Assembly: GCF_006345805.1 (NCBI RefSeq)
Contig: NC_043000.1
Span: 29,884,001 to 29,948,000, forward strand
Direction: 5' to 3'
DNA length: 64,000 nt
Origin: Octopus sinensis
Lineage: Eukaryota
Shown here: positions 48,531 through 63,235 of the stretch, in pieces
Layout of the letters: every line of letters begins with the position of its first letter
Numbering within the stretch: the stretch's first letter is position 1
Program-made: the position numbers and the translations under genes
The notes under the pieces: generated by a model
Seen by the model: the letters and a program-made list of their open reading frames with translations, nothing else
Databases searched by the model: none
Told to the model about the DNA's origin: nothing

Positions 48531-51300
48531 CATTGTCATTGTGTATTTGTTTCTGACACATTTCTGGCAACAAGCAAACGCATTTTAAAAGCCAATAGAA
48601 TTTCCTCTAATACCCTTGATAGCGTCTCAGACACATTTAATTGTTAAATATCCGGTTCTCTATAACAACGGTCTGGTAACTTACTTCAACGTTAAACTTT
48701 CGCAGTTGATGTTCAGTGACGTAGGAATTTGTCCAGAATTTTTTTTATTACTTGTGGAAGAAGAGAAAAAGGATTACTCCACGCCGAATTTTATATTTCT
48801 CTCACAAGATATTTAATTTAAATTTCCTTCTTGATATTCCATGCATTTAGGTAAGTGTATCCTTGACCGACTGACAGCATTGGAAGACTAACGATAAAAT
48901 GCCATACAATATTTAGCCTGGTTCTCAGTTTAAATACCACCGGTTTCATCGTTACCTTTTATATTTCGTGATGATTAAATTACTATGAGTTGCAAGAGAA
49001 CGAATATGAAAGAATTACTCAACTATACCCTTCACCAAAATATGTGCTTGTGTATTTAAATTATATATATTTCATGTAGTAAAATTCATTTTCGTCTATA
49101 CATTCAATAGCTGTGAGTCCCACGAAATATATTTCGTTGGATATACGATTATGGATTAAATATTATGACACTCAAACTTCTTACCTTAATTTCTTTATTT
49201 GCACGTCCCTTTGAACTTGTAACCTCCGCGAACATTTTCTTCTCCCTTTCGATGCGAACAATTACCAGCCATGATCTTTGACAAACTTAAATTCTTTACT
49301 AAAAATATCTCTATCCAGTTCCTAACGAAGCATCCCAGCGAAACAATCATATTTTGTCGGACTCACAATTATGGATAAATATATTGATTTTCAGATTACT
49401 TGCTTGGAGTTATTTATTCTAAGTCTGTTGACAATATTCCTTCTAGCCTGCTACCTCTGTGTAAACTCTCATCTTCTATCTTTTGTCTTCTTGTTTCAGT
49501 CATTAGATTACGGCCATGCTGGGGCACCGCCTTGAAGAATTTTTAGTCGAACGAACCGACCACAGTACTTGCATTTTTAAGCCTAGTATTTCTTTCTCTC
49601 TTGCCGAACCACTAGGTTACAGGGACATTAACACACCAACACCGAAACTATGTGGTTGGAAAGCAAGCTTCTTACCACACAGCCACACCTGCGTCTGTAC
49701 ATGCATTTCATATATTATGAAGACGAAGTTCATAATATATGAAGTCTTCCATTCTACTGGAAGCACAAGGCCTCCTTTTTGAGGAAAGGGTTGAAGTCGA
49801 TTGCATCGACTACAGTGCGTAACTGGTACATATTTAATCGACCCCGAAAGGATGAAAGGCAAAGTCGACCTCGGCGGAATTTGAACTCAGAACGTAGCGG
49901 CAGACGAAATACCCATTTATTTCCTACCTACAAGGGTGTGTATTTTCTTTGATAAATTTTGTAAGAATTTGAGATATTTTTATTTGAATATAAGGGCCAA
50001 ACAACGTAGAAGATATAAACGTTTGAAGTAGGTGTAAGTGAATTCTACACTCTGCGGAGAGCAGGCTTAACGTTTCGTTCTAGCCTTTGAATTATTTGCC
50101 ATCTGATGTTTACACGATGCAAAAGTTGGACGGTAGATCAGAGGGCTTGGCTGTCGATGAAGAGCATGATAATTCATGGAAATAGATGCAAATTCTTACG
50201 ATAAGCAAATGAAAGTAAAGTGCTCTATGCTGCAAATATTCTGTTCTGTCCATGACTATCTGTTGAGGAACGAAATCCCAAGATGCTCTAACCGGTGTAT
50301 CCATGGTGATTTTTATGCTCCTCTCCTATTTTTCCACTCTAATCAGTTCTAGATTACATGAGGTTCTCTCGCGTTCGAATGACTAAACCTATCCTTCAAC
50401 AACTCTCTCTCCCTCTCTCACACACAAACACATACACAGACACGCTCTCTCTCTCCCTAGCTCTCCATCTGTACGTTAGTATAACATATATAAATATATA
50501 TATATATATATAGCGACTTTTAACTAAATTGTTTTTGTTGAAATTCATGTGATATGAGGGTTTTATTAGAATGTGTCAAATTATTGAGTAATATTATGTA
50601 ACCAATAGACTGGAGATACAAAAATACTTGCTTGTTTTTGTTCTTCTGGACTTTGATAAGTCCATTAAATTTTGTTAAGTAGTATTCAGTTTTCTCACGG
50701 GGAAAAATTCTTAACACGCAAAAGTGGAGATGCATGGATAATAAAATTACGATTGAGTGTTTGATTTTGTTTTTGAGCAACTTCAAGTACAACCGTTTAT
50801 AAGTAATAAAGGTGAAAGCCGGGGCTTTCATCTTGGAGTAAAAATACAAAAAACAAAATTTGGGAACCCAGATCTTTTGATGAAACATATCACTCATAAA
50901 TGTTTATTTGATGTATTATTATTTGAACCTTTGATCAAATATAGAATATAATATAAATTGAACTGAAATTCGGTAGCGGCGTTCAAAGTAAACGGCAAGA
51001 TGGAAGCCAATAACACATTATCGATTTCTTACATAAGCCTACACATCCATATTTACAAGATAGCAGGAATAAGGTTCTGTAAATTCATGCCTTTATCTAG
51101 GGCATTAGCAATCTTATTGAAGTGCACTTGATCCTACTGGGAATAGATAGCGACCACAAACACGATTCTCTGATATATGGTATTTTCTCTACAAATCTCG
51201 GATGAAATAGGAACAAATTCTCGATAATATCTAAGTAGATGTATCTGATTGGCTAGGTAGAAAAGGATCGATATAGTTAGGCCGGAGAACTGCAATATTT

Positions 51301-51865
51301 TTTTCTACTCTAGGCACAAGGCCCGAAATTTGTTGGGAGGGGACCAGTCGAGTAGATCAACGCAATGATAAACAGTTAATTTATCGACCCCGAAAGAATG
51401 AAAGGCAAAGTCAATATTGGTGGAATTTGAACTCAGAACCAAAAGACAGACGTAATACCTATTTCTTTACTACCCACAAGGGGCTAAACACACAGGGACA
51501 GAAAAACGGATTAAGTCGATTATATCGACCCCAATGCGTAACTGGTACTTATTTAATCGACCCCGAAAGGATGAAAGGCAAAGTCAACCGCGGCGGAATT
51601 TGAACTCAGAACGTAGCGGCAGACGAAATACCTATTTCTTTACTACCTACAAGGGGCTAAACACAGAGAGGACAAACAAGGACAGACAAACGGATTAAGT
51701 CGACTATATCGATCCCAGTGCGTAACTGGTACTTATCTAATCGACCCCGAAAGGATGAAAGGCAAAGTCGACCTCTGCAGAATTTGAACTCAGAACGTAG
51801 CGGCAGACGAAATTCGGCTACGCATTTCGCCCGGCGTGCTAACGATTCTGCCAGCTCGCCGCCTT
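51301..51865 (-). mobile_element. SINE family A trimer
   Basis: One head at 51810-51865. Body repeated three times (periods 184 and ~173). Standard tail at 51301-51345. Confidence 0.9.
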
Positions 51866-52404
51866 AGTAAAACTACAATATGTGAAAGCTATGGCATTAA
51901 CACGTTAGATTTTGAACTAGCGATTGAAAATGCGTTTAAATCTCGATTTCTTGAACTCTTATCTCTAGATCTATTGTCATCACCATTAACAAATAAAAAT
52001 ATAGATTATTTCCATAAACTCTCACTTGGTCTGCCTAAGTGTTAATAACAGCGACAACACCATTAACAATAACAACAATTACAATATAAGGATTTTTTTT
52101 TACAACAGACACATAGAAAACATTTGCAGAGCAAGGATATTCTTAATGAGGACAACTCGATTATTTTATCAAATGTGTGATATATTTTATGTCGATTACA
52201 GCTGTAGGAAAAGCGAAGTAATATCAGCCACTGTTCGAATTTAGGATAATACATACATACATACATACATACATACATACGTACGTACGTACGTACGTAC
52301 ATACATACATACATACATACATAATACATACGTACGTAAGTACGTACGTACGTACATACATACATACATACATACATACATACATACATGCATGCATGCA
52401 TACA

Positions 52405-52810
52405 TTCAGAAAGGAAAAACGTTATTCGAAGACTAAAGATCACTGGAACTGTAAAAATCTGTAAAGCTTTCCAGAAGTTTATCATTTAAATATATATGAA
52501 TATGTCTAGATATGTAACTATATGCATGAGAATACATACATTAAACATACAAATCTACACATACAAATCTACACATACATACATACATACATACATACAT
52601 ACATACATACATACATACATACATACATACATACATACATTCAGAAAGGAGAAAGGTAATTCGAAGACTACAAATCTAATCCATCACTGGAACAGTAAAA
52701 TTCCGTAAAACTTTCCAGAAATTTATCAATTAGATATATATGAGCATGTCTAGATATGCAAGTATATGCATGGGAATACATACATAAAGCAAAACATACA
52801 AATCTGTATA
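52405..52810. repeat. Diverged tandem duplication of a ~235-bp unit anchored on (TACA)n
   Basis: ttcagaaagga...ttcgaagacta...atcactggaac...tttccagaa...tgtctagatatg...catacaaatct at ~52405 and ~52641. Confidence 0.85.
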
Positions 52811-54029
52811 CATACATACATACATACAAAACTACCCTGTTGTTGATGTTGAGATTCCGGTGAAGGAGCGTTGGATCTGGGCTGGAAGACGGCTCTTTCT
52901 CTAGTGGCATACAAGCATACAAGCATACATACATACATACATATATACATACATACACCCACACACATATACGTACACCAACAATACACGCACATATATT
53001 GTAATAGTCTGACACGTATGACTTACAGTTTCGTGGGCACGCAGGACTGAACTATTTCATCAGATAGCTTCTACTGACATCTGATGGGGTGTGTTTATAT
53101 TTTTACTCATATTTCCACTCATACGCCTAACTATCATTCCCATTTATTTGTTAAATTAATTAAACTCAAATCAATTAACGTACGACCTCGCCACACCACC
53201 ACCACCACTCCTATCACTCAATATATTCATTTACAGGCGATGGACTAGGTTTCACCCTCTACAAATTACCTGATACTCTCCTCACCTCAGCTTCACATCC
53301 ACAAAATGAAACCAAAGCACACATCTAACCAGACTAACAACTATCATTCCTACCATATTAACAGCCCGTCATCTCCATATATCTCTCAAGTTCCACAACA
53401 CCAGCTGCAAGTTACTCTACTAAAGTAATCAGCCTTTGTACTTTGTTTTGGTCAGGTTTGAATTCACAAGGTGCACATATATTTATGTATATATGGTTTG
53501 TCTGTACCCACCTTAAGTGCAAAACAGAGCACCACATCTCAAAATCGCTAAACACAATCAACAACTGCACATCTTTTCACTCATAATAAATATAACTCGA
53601 AGCTAATAAAACATCCCTTCGGAATGTTATATTAGCTTCAAGCTATCTTTATATGTGAGTGAGACCCAGGGCTTAATTATCAGATTAGTTCTTACTTTAT
53701 ATAAGAGGCTATCAAGATTTGACTGTTGAACGAGATTTGACTGTTATTTCTAGCATGATGGGCTGGCATGTTCGCTCGTAATCATTCTCCTGCCTCTGGT
53801 CATAAATCCTGAGTCTCTACACATACAGGTTTTCAGGAAAGATCATAAAATGATAACACCACATAGTAATAAGTACATAATATCTTACTACTGAAAAACA
53901 AAATGGTGAAAACAAAGCTAACTAAAGCATTTTGTTTAGTACAGGTAATATTACCAACACAGGAATATGTATCATAGATCAAAATGAAGTTGGTCCTCTG
54001 TAGAATAATGTTTGCCTCTCAAACCCTCT

Positions 54030-54270
54030 TTCATGGGGTCGAAGACATGATAGTCCAGTGACGAGGAAGTGAAAACTGTAGTGAAGAAGTGGCTCAAAGA
54101 ACAGTCAAGAGAATTTTACGGAGCAGGGATACATGCTCTCATTCGAAGGTGGGACAGTACTATTGAGAGAAACGGTTACTATATTGAGAAGTAGGGATGT
54201 GATCCACAGAGGACCAGCTTCACTTTGATGTATGATACATGTTCCTGTGCTGGTAATTATAGCCTGACCC
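54030..54270 (+). mobile_element. Mariner transposase C-terminal fragment
   Basis: SDEEVKTVVKKWLKEQSREFYGAGIHALIRRWDSTIERNGYYIEK*. Confidence 0.8.
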
Positions 54271-55789
54271 GCGTATATATAGAGGCTGTGTCGTAAGAAG
54301 CTTACTTCTCAGCCATATGGATCCGGAATCTGTCCCACTGTGTGACATCTTGGGTAAGCGAGGTCTACAATCACTTCAGGCCGATCAAAGCCTTGTGAGT
54401 AGAGTTGCTGGACAGAAACTGAAAGAAGTACATCGTATGTATGTGTGTGTGTGTGTATCTCTCTCATATGTTTATGTGTGTGAATGTGTGAGTGTATATG
54501 AGTGTGTGTGTGTGTGTGTGTGTGTTGTGTGCATCTTTGTATCTGTATTTCCCCGCCACTGCTTGACAACCGATGTTGGTGTGTTAACGTCCTCATAACT
54601 TAACGGTTCGATCGTTTAAAACAAAGCACCGGGGTTTGATTCATTCGACTAAAAATTCTTCAAGGCGGTGCCCCAGCATGGCCACAGTCTAATGACTGAA
54701 GCAAGTGAAGCATAAAAGATAAAAGCACTGTATTTTCGTGTTAACCAGAATGTAATAATAACAGTGTGTGTGTGAGAGAGAGAGAGAGAGAGATACATAA
54801 AGAGAGAAAGAGAGAGAGAGAGAGAGATACCCAAAGAGAGAAAGAGAGAGAGAGATACCCAAAGAGAGAAAGAGAAAGTTAGACAGACAGTCAGGCAGAC
54901 ACAAAAAGAAAACATGATTAAACTGAATTGAAAAAAAGAAAAAAAAAAATGCGACTTCAGATCGTTGGCCTAAATTTCCGAGGTTGCTTTTTATGCCAAT
55001 TCTTCTCCTTACATGTGTCTTTAGAAATATATATTTTTTCCATTTTCACCAAAAACCTTAAAATAATTATCTTCAACTATTTTGTCGAGAAATTTAATGG
55101 TTCACCGAATTCTTTGATTCAGACGAAACAAAGTTAGCGATGCATGTATTTGGCAGAATACGCTGCGTTATTTGCCATTTTGTTATATTATTGTTTATTT
55201 TTTTCTTTTTGTCTTCTATCTATATTCTTAAAATATCGACTTCGTTTTCGCAACACTAACAGTTCAAATATAAAATTTGCAAGTATTATCGACTGAAATA
55301 TCTATAAGATGCTAAAATCCTTTATAATTGATTGATTACAATACCAATAAATGGGTGGCTTATTTAATTCTGTAACAATTCAAGCATATTCGTTCATTTA
55401 TTACAAGGTTTAAGCATTTTCAAGGATATCTTTTGTGCATGATTCACTATGTAATCGATATCCAATATTTTATCTGTTATATGTTTCAATCATTGGACGG
55501 CGGCCATGCTGGGCCATGCACGCCTTGAAGGGTTTTAGCGGAGCAAATCGACACCAGAGCTTATTTTTAAAAAAATCTAGTTCGCATACTTAGGCGCAGG
55601 AGTGGGTGTGTGGTAAGGAACTTCCTTCCCAACCTTGTGGCTCCGGGTTCAGTCCCACTGCGTGCCACCTTGGGCAACTGTTTTCTACTATAGCCTTAGG
55701 CTGACCAAGTCTTGTGAGAAGACTTGGTAGACAGAGACTGAAAGAAGCCAGTCACACACGCACACACACACACACATATATATGTGTGA

Positions 55790-56075
55790 AGGCGCATGGC
55801 TCACTGGTTAGAGCGTGAGGTTGTTAGTTCGAATCCCGGACCTGGCTACGTGTTGCGTTCTTGAGCAAGACACTTTATTTCACGTTGCTCCAGTTCACTC
55901 AGCTGTAGAAATGAGTTGCGACGTCACAGGTGTCAAGCTGTATCGGCCCCTTTGCCTTTCCTTTGGATAACATCGGTGGCATGACGAGGGGAGGCAGGTA
56001 TTCATGGGCGACTGCTGGTCTTCCATAAACAACCTTGCCCGGACTAGGTACAATCCCATGGTCAGTCAAACCGAA
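55790..56075 (+). mobile_element. tRNA-derived SINE (third family)
   Basis: ggcgcatggctcactggttagagcg...gttcgaatcccgg...ttgagcaagacactttatttcacg...ccagttcactcagctgtag. Confidence 0.8.
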
Positions 56076-56101
56076 GGTGGTCTCACCACACAGACAGACA
56101 G

Positions 56102-56133
<32 letters not shown>

Positions 56134-57542
56134 GCATTTGTATGCCTGTGTTTGTGCTCCCGCCATCGCTTGCAGCCAATATTGGTGTGTTTACATCCCT
56201 GTATCCTAGCAGTTCGACAAAAGAGACCGATAGAATAAGTATTAGGCTTCCAGAGAATAAGTCTTGGGATCAATGTGTTCGACTAAAGTCGGTGCTTCAG
56301 CATAGCCGAAGTGGTCAAATGACTGAAAAAGCAAAAGAAATAAAAGAATAAAAGAATTCTATCGGTTTCTTTTGCAGAACCGCTAAGTTAGGAGATGTAA
56401 ACGAACCAACAGGTGGGGGGGGGCGATATACATTCATCCACACAGACACATACACGCTTACACATACATGCACACAGAAACATACACATATGCATACACG
56501 CGCACACACACACAGACATACACACATACATACACATATACATACACATACATACACACAAGCCCACACAATATTCATACACATACACACTTACACACAC
56601 ATACACACTCATACACACATACACACTTACACACACATACACACACATATCTATATGTCTACCAAACTCCCTCGGTGCTATAGTATAAGACACTTTCCCA
56701 AGCTGCCGCCAACTGCGTTTGAACCCGACATCATGCCATTTCAGAGCGAGCTTTTTAACTTCATAGCTATATCTGCTCAATAATGATTCGTTTATCTTTT
56801 ATCCTTTACTTGTTTAAGTCATTTATGATTGCGACCAGGCTGGGGCACCGACCTGACGAATTCTTAGTCCAATGAATCGACCTCATTAATTGTTATTTCT
56901 TAAAGTCTGGTACTTATTTTATCGGTGCCCTAGATCAACCACTGTATTACGGAGACGTAAACACACCAGCACCGGTTGTCAAGCGGTGGTAGTGGACAAA
57001 CTCACACACACACACACAAACATATGCAAACAGACACACACTCCTATGTATATAGGTTTGGTTCTGGAGTCTGACGATACACCATGAAGTTATATCATTT
57101 ATGAACGAGAAACCCAGGGTATCCGCATAAACCGGTCTTCACCAGGATGTATAGACTGCTCTACTTCTTAGAGTGGTCTTCTTCTCCGGATTTTTGTGTT
57201 TCTAAAAACGATATATATATATGTATACCAGAGTAAGCACATAGATGAGAAACAAGGTGGTAAATGAGAGTACTCAAATACCAGAGGTAGAGTAATATGC
57301 TTTATTAAAAGCAGCAGAAATATCACAAAAGCTGTTCTGCTTTTAATACATGCATACATACATATAACCATACATAACATACATACATACATACATACAT
57401 ACATACATAACATACAACATACATATATATGTATTATATATATATATATATAATATATATAATATATATATATATAATATACAACATACATAGTACATAC
57501 ATACATATATATATATATATACACTATATATATACATCCAAC

Positions 57543-57591
<49 letters not shown>

Positions 57592-57659
57592 TATTGTTTC
57601 AGAGCTGCGGCCATGCTGATGCACCGCCGTTTTGTGCTACAATATTATTACGAAGAACC

Positions 57660-57960
57660 TCCTCTAAAATGTGGCACTTGGTGAAGAGTGGAGTTTGATA
57701 TAGCTACCCTCATTTGCACCTCTTGCCGTGAGGTAGGTTCTCGACAGGAAGATGTCCAGCTTTGATTTTAAAACCGCTACATTTACTTTGTGCAGGTTCC
57801 TCAGACTCTTTGGTAGAATATTAAAAAGCTGTTGGCCCTTGAAACCCAGGCTGTTGCAGTAGCTGGTCCTGAAGCGTGATGCCATTGCTGGGATCTTTGG
57901 TACTATGCAGTGTCGTCCCGTTCTAGCATTGGTGTAGCTTACAATGCCAAAATTTGGCAC
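57660..57960 (-). mobile_element. CR1-group LINE 3' end
   Basis: NSLGFKGQQLFNILPKSLRNL...LKSKLDIFLS, homologous to the C-terminus of 16490-18980. Confidence 0.8.
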
Positions 57961-58489
57961 AATATATATACACACAACAAGAAATAATATTTATCTCTTT
58001 TTACAGAAACAAAAGGGTTTATAGGACGGCAAAAGATATTTTTAATCGTTTGAAAAAACCATTTTAGTCGTTGGACGTTTATTTTATCGTTGTCTCTTAG
58101 TTTTGGGGTAGTTTACAAATATTTAGTCGTTTGTATTTACCTTTTTTGATAGGTTGTTCTATTTGTATTTTATTTTATTCGAATATATATTTACAGTCTG
58201 TATTTTTATGTATAAGTATTTTTATGAGTTTGAGAACCATGGTAATATTTATATGCGATTAAATATTTCATGTATGGTGTTATATATAAAGTCGTTGACT
58301 CAAATTTAATGTTTGTACTATAACGAATGTTTATATATATATGTAGTCACCATGAGGATAGTCAAACCTGTTATAGGGATATTCATCCAAGATACACTGG
58401 TTTAATATATTCAATAATGAAGTGATAATTCCTTAATTAATATATTATAGAGAATGTCGTAAAATATCAAACATTTTTATAGAGTTAGT

Positions 58490-59156
58490 AAACAGAGAGA
58501 TATGATGGATATCTAATAGATACAAATTATTTTATTAATTAATCAACACATTCACCAATATGGTGAATAGGTTGATTAATTAGAAAAGTACTTTGTATCC
58601 ATTATATCTCTCTGTTTTCTATATTACAACCTTAAGAGGAATGACCACTAAAGTGGATTCCTAGAAGCTAGAGACAGACGTCAAATCGCCTTACCATAAA
58701 GAGTGTGTTCTCAAGAAAAAACCCAGCAAACGACAAAATGTAAAAAATAAGCGAGGCAAATGAAAATTTACAAAATAAAACGATTACCTTCGTATCATAA
58801 TTTCATTATTAATACTTTCAAAATGCAAACTGTTGTTTACATTTTGGCGTCTGCTGGGTTTTTTCTTGAGAACACACTCTTTGTGGTAAGGCGATTTGAC
58901 GTCAATCTCTAGCGTATAGGAATCCACTTTAGAGGTCATTCTTCTTATTAACAGTAATATAAAATTTTAAATCTTCGGATTTTTTTGAATATTCTAGACC
59001 ATTGGTTTAAATTGATGTTAATTGATTGATATGAATTTCTACCCTCATTATTTTTATATATATATATAGTATATATATATAATATATATTATATATTTAA
59101 ATTGAGGGTAGAAATTCATATCAAACAATTAACATCAATATATATATATATATATA

Positions 59157-59221
<65 letters not shown>

Positions 59222-59623
59222 TAACATATATATATATATATAATATATAATATATATATATAGGTGTATATATATATACGTATACACACAAATAAGAGAA
59301 TGACCACTGCGTGGATTCGTAATATGCTGGGGAAGACGCCATATGGTCTGACCACTAAGAAAAATTGTTCTCAAGAAATGTTGGCATATATCTTCGGAGA
59401 ACGTAAGGCGAGCAAGACAAATGAAAAGATACAAAATTTGGTGGTAAAATTTGGTAGTCAGACCATATGGGATCATCCTCTAGCATATTAGGAATCTACC
59501 TAGTGGTCATTCCTCTTATTTGTATGTAATATAATCTTTCTGAATCTTCGGATTTTTTAAAATTATGCTAGCGCACTGGCTTAAATTGATATTAAGTTAA
59601 TTAATATTAATTTCTACCCTCAA
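58490..59623. mobile_element. Cluster of palindromic MITE-like elements
   Basis: Hairpin A at 58490-58617. Hairpin B1 at 58633-58947 (~112-bp arms, ~90% matching). Module C at 58974-59048 with an inverted copy at 59101-59139. Hairpin B2 at 59289-59522. Module C again at 59545-59623. Confidence 0.85.
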
Positions 59624-59763
59624 TATATATATATATAGTCAATTAAAGAATATCTTATCCTCGTTAGGGATTAAGAAATCTAAAGTTTCACTGGTTTAAT
59701 CTGCATCACATTCGAAGAAAATTTCCACAATGCTTTATGGATTTTTATAATAGGTAAAATTAA

Positions 59764-59980
59764 CAATCTTTTCTACTCTAGGCACAAGCTCTGAAATTTT
59801 CGGGAGTGTTCTAGTCGATTAGATCGAACCCAGTGTGCTATTGATACTTAATTTATCGATCCCGAAAGGATGGAAGGCAAAGTCGACCTCGAGGGAATTT
59901 GAACTCATAACGTAAAGACAGACGAAATAACGCTAAGCATTTCGCCCGGCGTGCTAACGTTTCTGCCAGCTCGCCGCCCT
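59764..59980 (-). mobile_element. Monomeric SINE family A copy with 11-bp TSD
   Basis: GGTAAAATTAA at 59753-59763 and 59981-59991. Confidence 0.9.
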
Positions 59981-60177
59981 GGTAAAATTAATTGTGAAAG
60001 AAAATGGAGAGTTGCAGATGTATAGTTAATTTATTTGCATCATAGCTCGTTTTCAAGATATAAGTATAAATGAATTTTTAAAAGCACACTAGGAGACTGA
60101 AAAAAATCTACATATGTTTTGATTCTGGCCCGTTCAAATAAATTAACTATACAACCTCAATTCTCCATTTTGTTACA

Positions 60178-60231
<54 letters not shown>

Positions 60232-62804
60232 CATACACACACATAAGCCCACATAAACCTAGCTACCAAGTCCACTAACAAATCTTTGGTCGGCCCGAGG
60301 CTGTAGCAGAAGGCACTTTTCCAGGGTGCCACACCTGTGCCTACGAATCTATATTTTAACTTATAACATCATTTTTATTTTGTTTCGCAATAGAAAATCT
60401 CTAGATATTCGAGGAATATATTTCTCATACAAACGTTAAAGAAAGTTAGTGAAATGAATATGCTTCTATTTTGAATTGAACTTTCATTGAAATCTTAGAA
60501 CATGAATCCGCTAGATTCTCACATATGTGGTTCCGCATCTCCTAATCAAAGTTGTAAAACTTCTGAGATTAGCGAAACAATTAAGAGGCAGACGATGAAA
60601 AACGGCGAGGTTTAACAAATTAACTCGACACATTAATCAGTTTACGACCGATATTTATTTCGCCGAGTAAAGTAAGAAATGGAAACAAATATAAATACAG
60701 AACGAAGTGGCCATATATAACAAAAGTTGGAACTAATTAGAAGAAGAATTAATCACCATTAGGTTCCACTTACTAACTTGAATGACGCTCGAAAGACAAA
60801 GAAAGTGTTTCAGAAGTTAATACCAAGGAGATTCTTCCACTTTTGTTGAAGAGTTTTTCACTTCCATCATTGATTTACAATTTATAAATACCCAACGTGA
60901 CTTTGTGGTAAGACATTTACTTTCCAAACACTGCATGACACCTTGGGCAAGTGTCTTCCACTATAACTCTGGGTTGACCAAAGCCCGTCGTATATGCGTG
61001 CGCGCGCGCGTCTGTGTTTGAGTCTGTTTGTCCTCCCAAGCAAACGCTTCACAACCAATTTTGGTTGTTTACGTCCATGTAACATAGCTGTTCTGTAAAT
61101 GAAACCGATAAGTACTAGGCTTCAAAAAATGTGTACAGGGATCGATTCGTTAGACTAAAATCATTCAAAGATGTGCCCCAGCATGGCCGTAGTCTAATGA
61201 CTGAAACTAGTAGAAGACAAAAGATGAGAGATAAAATTTTAACCATTTTAAAAAAAGTATGTCCCATTCGTACCTAATCCAATATGCTAGTCTTTCCTCG
61301 AACCCTTTGCCTATATCTTTGAACTAAAGAATATTAATTCTCTTTCTGTACAAAACTGTCCTAAAGTAAATAACATCATCTTGCAAAACCATAGGACTCT
61401 CAAAAAGGGAATTAGTCTTTAGGGAGCCAGGTTTGTACTGATACACCGCAATCTGAATTCAATTCCCGTCCTCTTTAAATTTTGCCTTTCCTACGTTTGA
61501 TGTGATCTGAGGTCAATAAAAATTCCCGAAGGAATGGCTGTAATTGACAAAACTGCAAGAACTTGGAACAAAGTGATTGGCTCTATTTATTCCGTCTTGT
61601 AAGCTCAAATACCACCGACGCCTTACAGAGATTTAGATTTAATCCGTCGCCATGTTTAACGTCATTATCTGACACTTTGGCTGCCATTAATGGAGTTCAC
61701 TCTATTGCAACCCCTTAGACCAGCTTTCCAGCTTGATAATAATATATTTTTGTATGCAAATTTATGTTGGGGAAAATTTAGATAAACACAAGTATAAATT
61801 ATTAGTTCCTACGTACGTTTAATCACTGAAATTGGAAACAAGGACTGAATTTTCCAAGTGCATTTGGTCGTCTAACTGCAATGGATCATCGGAAGAACAC
61901 TTTATTGCATTGTGCTACAAAGATCTAATATCAGAATTTATGCATAACACAAATTAACGAACTTTTATTAGAATACGTATTTATCAACATTTACAGGGAA
62001 ATGTTAGACAGTGACTTCGAAGTTTCTGCTTACCAGTCGCAATGACTGTCCGTTAAGCTTCGAAGTCGCTATCTGCCTTTTTCGTGTATGCATAGACATA
62101 TTGTTCACCGTTGGTTTTATAGTATTGTAAGCATAGACTATAAGTATAACTGCAGTCCGTGCGTATCACTTAGGTTTACGAGAGAGGGATGACCTCCCTT
62201 TGCAAATACCATAAGAGCACAAAAAGTGTGCCTGAAGCCAGCTGGAGACGATGATATCCTGGGGCTAAAAGCTACAGTAACACCCACCCTTAGTGGTTAG
62301 CCATATTGAGATGGCTAGTATACTTTACGTTGTCGAGCGGTTACTGTTTACATCTCGTTCAGAGATTTATTGTTGCTATTTTAATATTCTAATATATTTA
62401 TCGTATAATTCATCGCAAGTGTAATTGACAGGGATCCAAATAAGTCCCATGGATTATGATCTTGTTATGGTCTTATTACTATCTGGATGCATAAGATATT
62501 TCCAGGTGGGGAATCCATACGCCAATGAAACCGGGAACCGGCCCTTATGAGCCAGGCATGTCTCTAGAAGGAACAAACAATAACAGTATGAGGTACATAC
62601 TTCGTGCAAAGAGCTTTTCCTTTATGTTTAGTTGTTGCTGTCAATGTTTCTGTTGTTGTCATTGTTTTCGATGTTCACTGCGCAGTCAAACCCAGTTTTG
62701 CACATCTACAATAACCAACAATCTAACAACGACATCTTGTCTCTTTAGATGGACGCGGGGGCCACGTTACGCAATATGCTTTTTCCTTTCACAAAACAGG
62801 CGCA

Positions 62805-63235
62805 GGTGTGGCTGTGTGGTAAGAAGCTTGCTTCCTAGCCACATGGCTCCGGGTTCAGTCCCACTGCGAGTCACCTTGGGCAATGTCTTCTACTATAGCC
62901 ACGAGCCGACCAAAACCTTGTAAGTGGATATGGTAGATGGAAACTAAAAGAAGCCTGTCGAGCGTGTATATATATATATATGTCTGTCTGTGTGAGTGTG
63001 TGTATACACAATCACACTTATATATTTGTATGTCTGTATCTGTGTTTGTCCCCCACCGCAACTTGACACCCGGTGTTGGTGTGTTTACGTCCCCGTAACC
63101 CAACAGTTTGGCAAAAGGGATCAATAAAATAAGTACCAGATTTTAAAAAATGTACTGGGGTGGATCCATTCGATTAAAAATTCTACAACGCAGTGCCCCA
63201 GCATGACCGAATCTCATGACCTAAACAAGTAAAAC
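62805..63235 (+). mobile_element. SINE family B copy
   Basis: ggcgcaggtgtggctgtgtggtaagaagcttgc...gtgccccagcatg...aaacaagtaaaa. Confidence 0.85.

Noticed and set aside
48809-48850. Exon with strong acceptor and perfect AG|GTAAGT donor
   Set aside because: Stops in all three frames (one exactly at the end), so it is not called as CDS. It could still be a UTR or lncRNA exon.
50060-50110. Hammerhead-like ...gaacGAAACGTT on the minus strand
   Set aside because: No CUGANGA core or helix II upstream.
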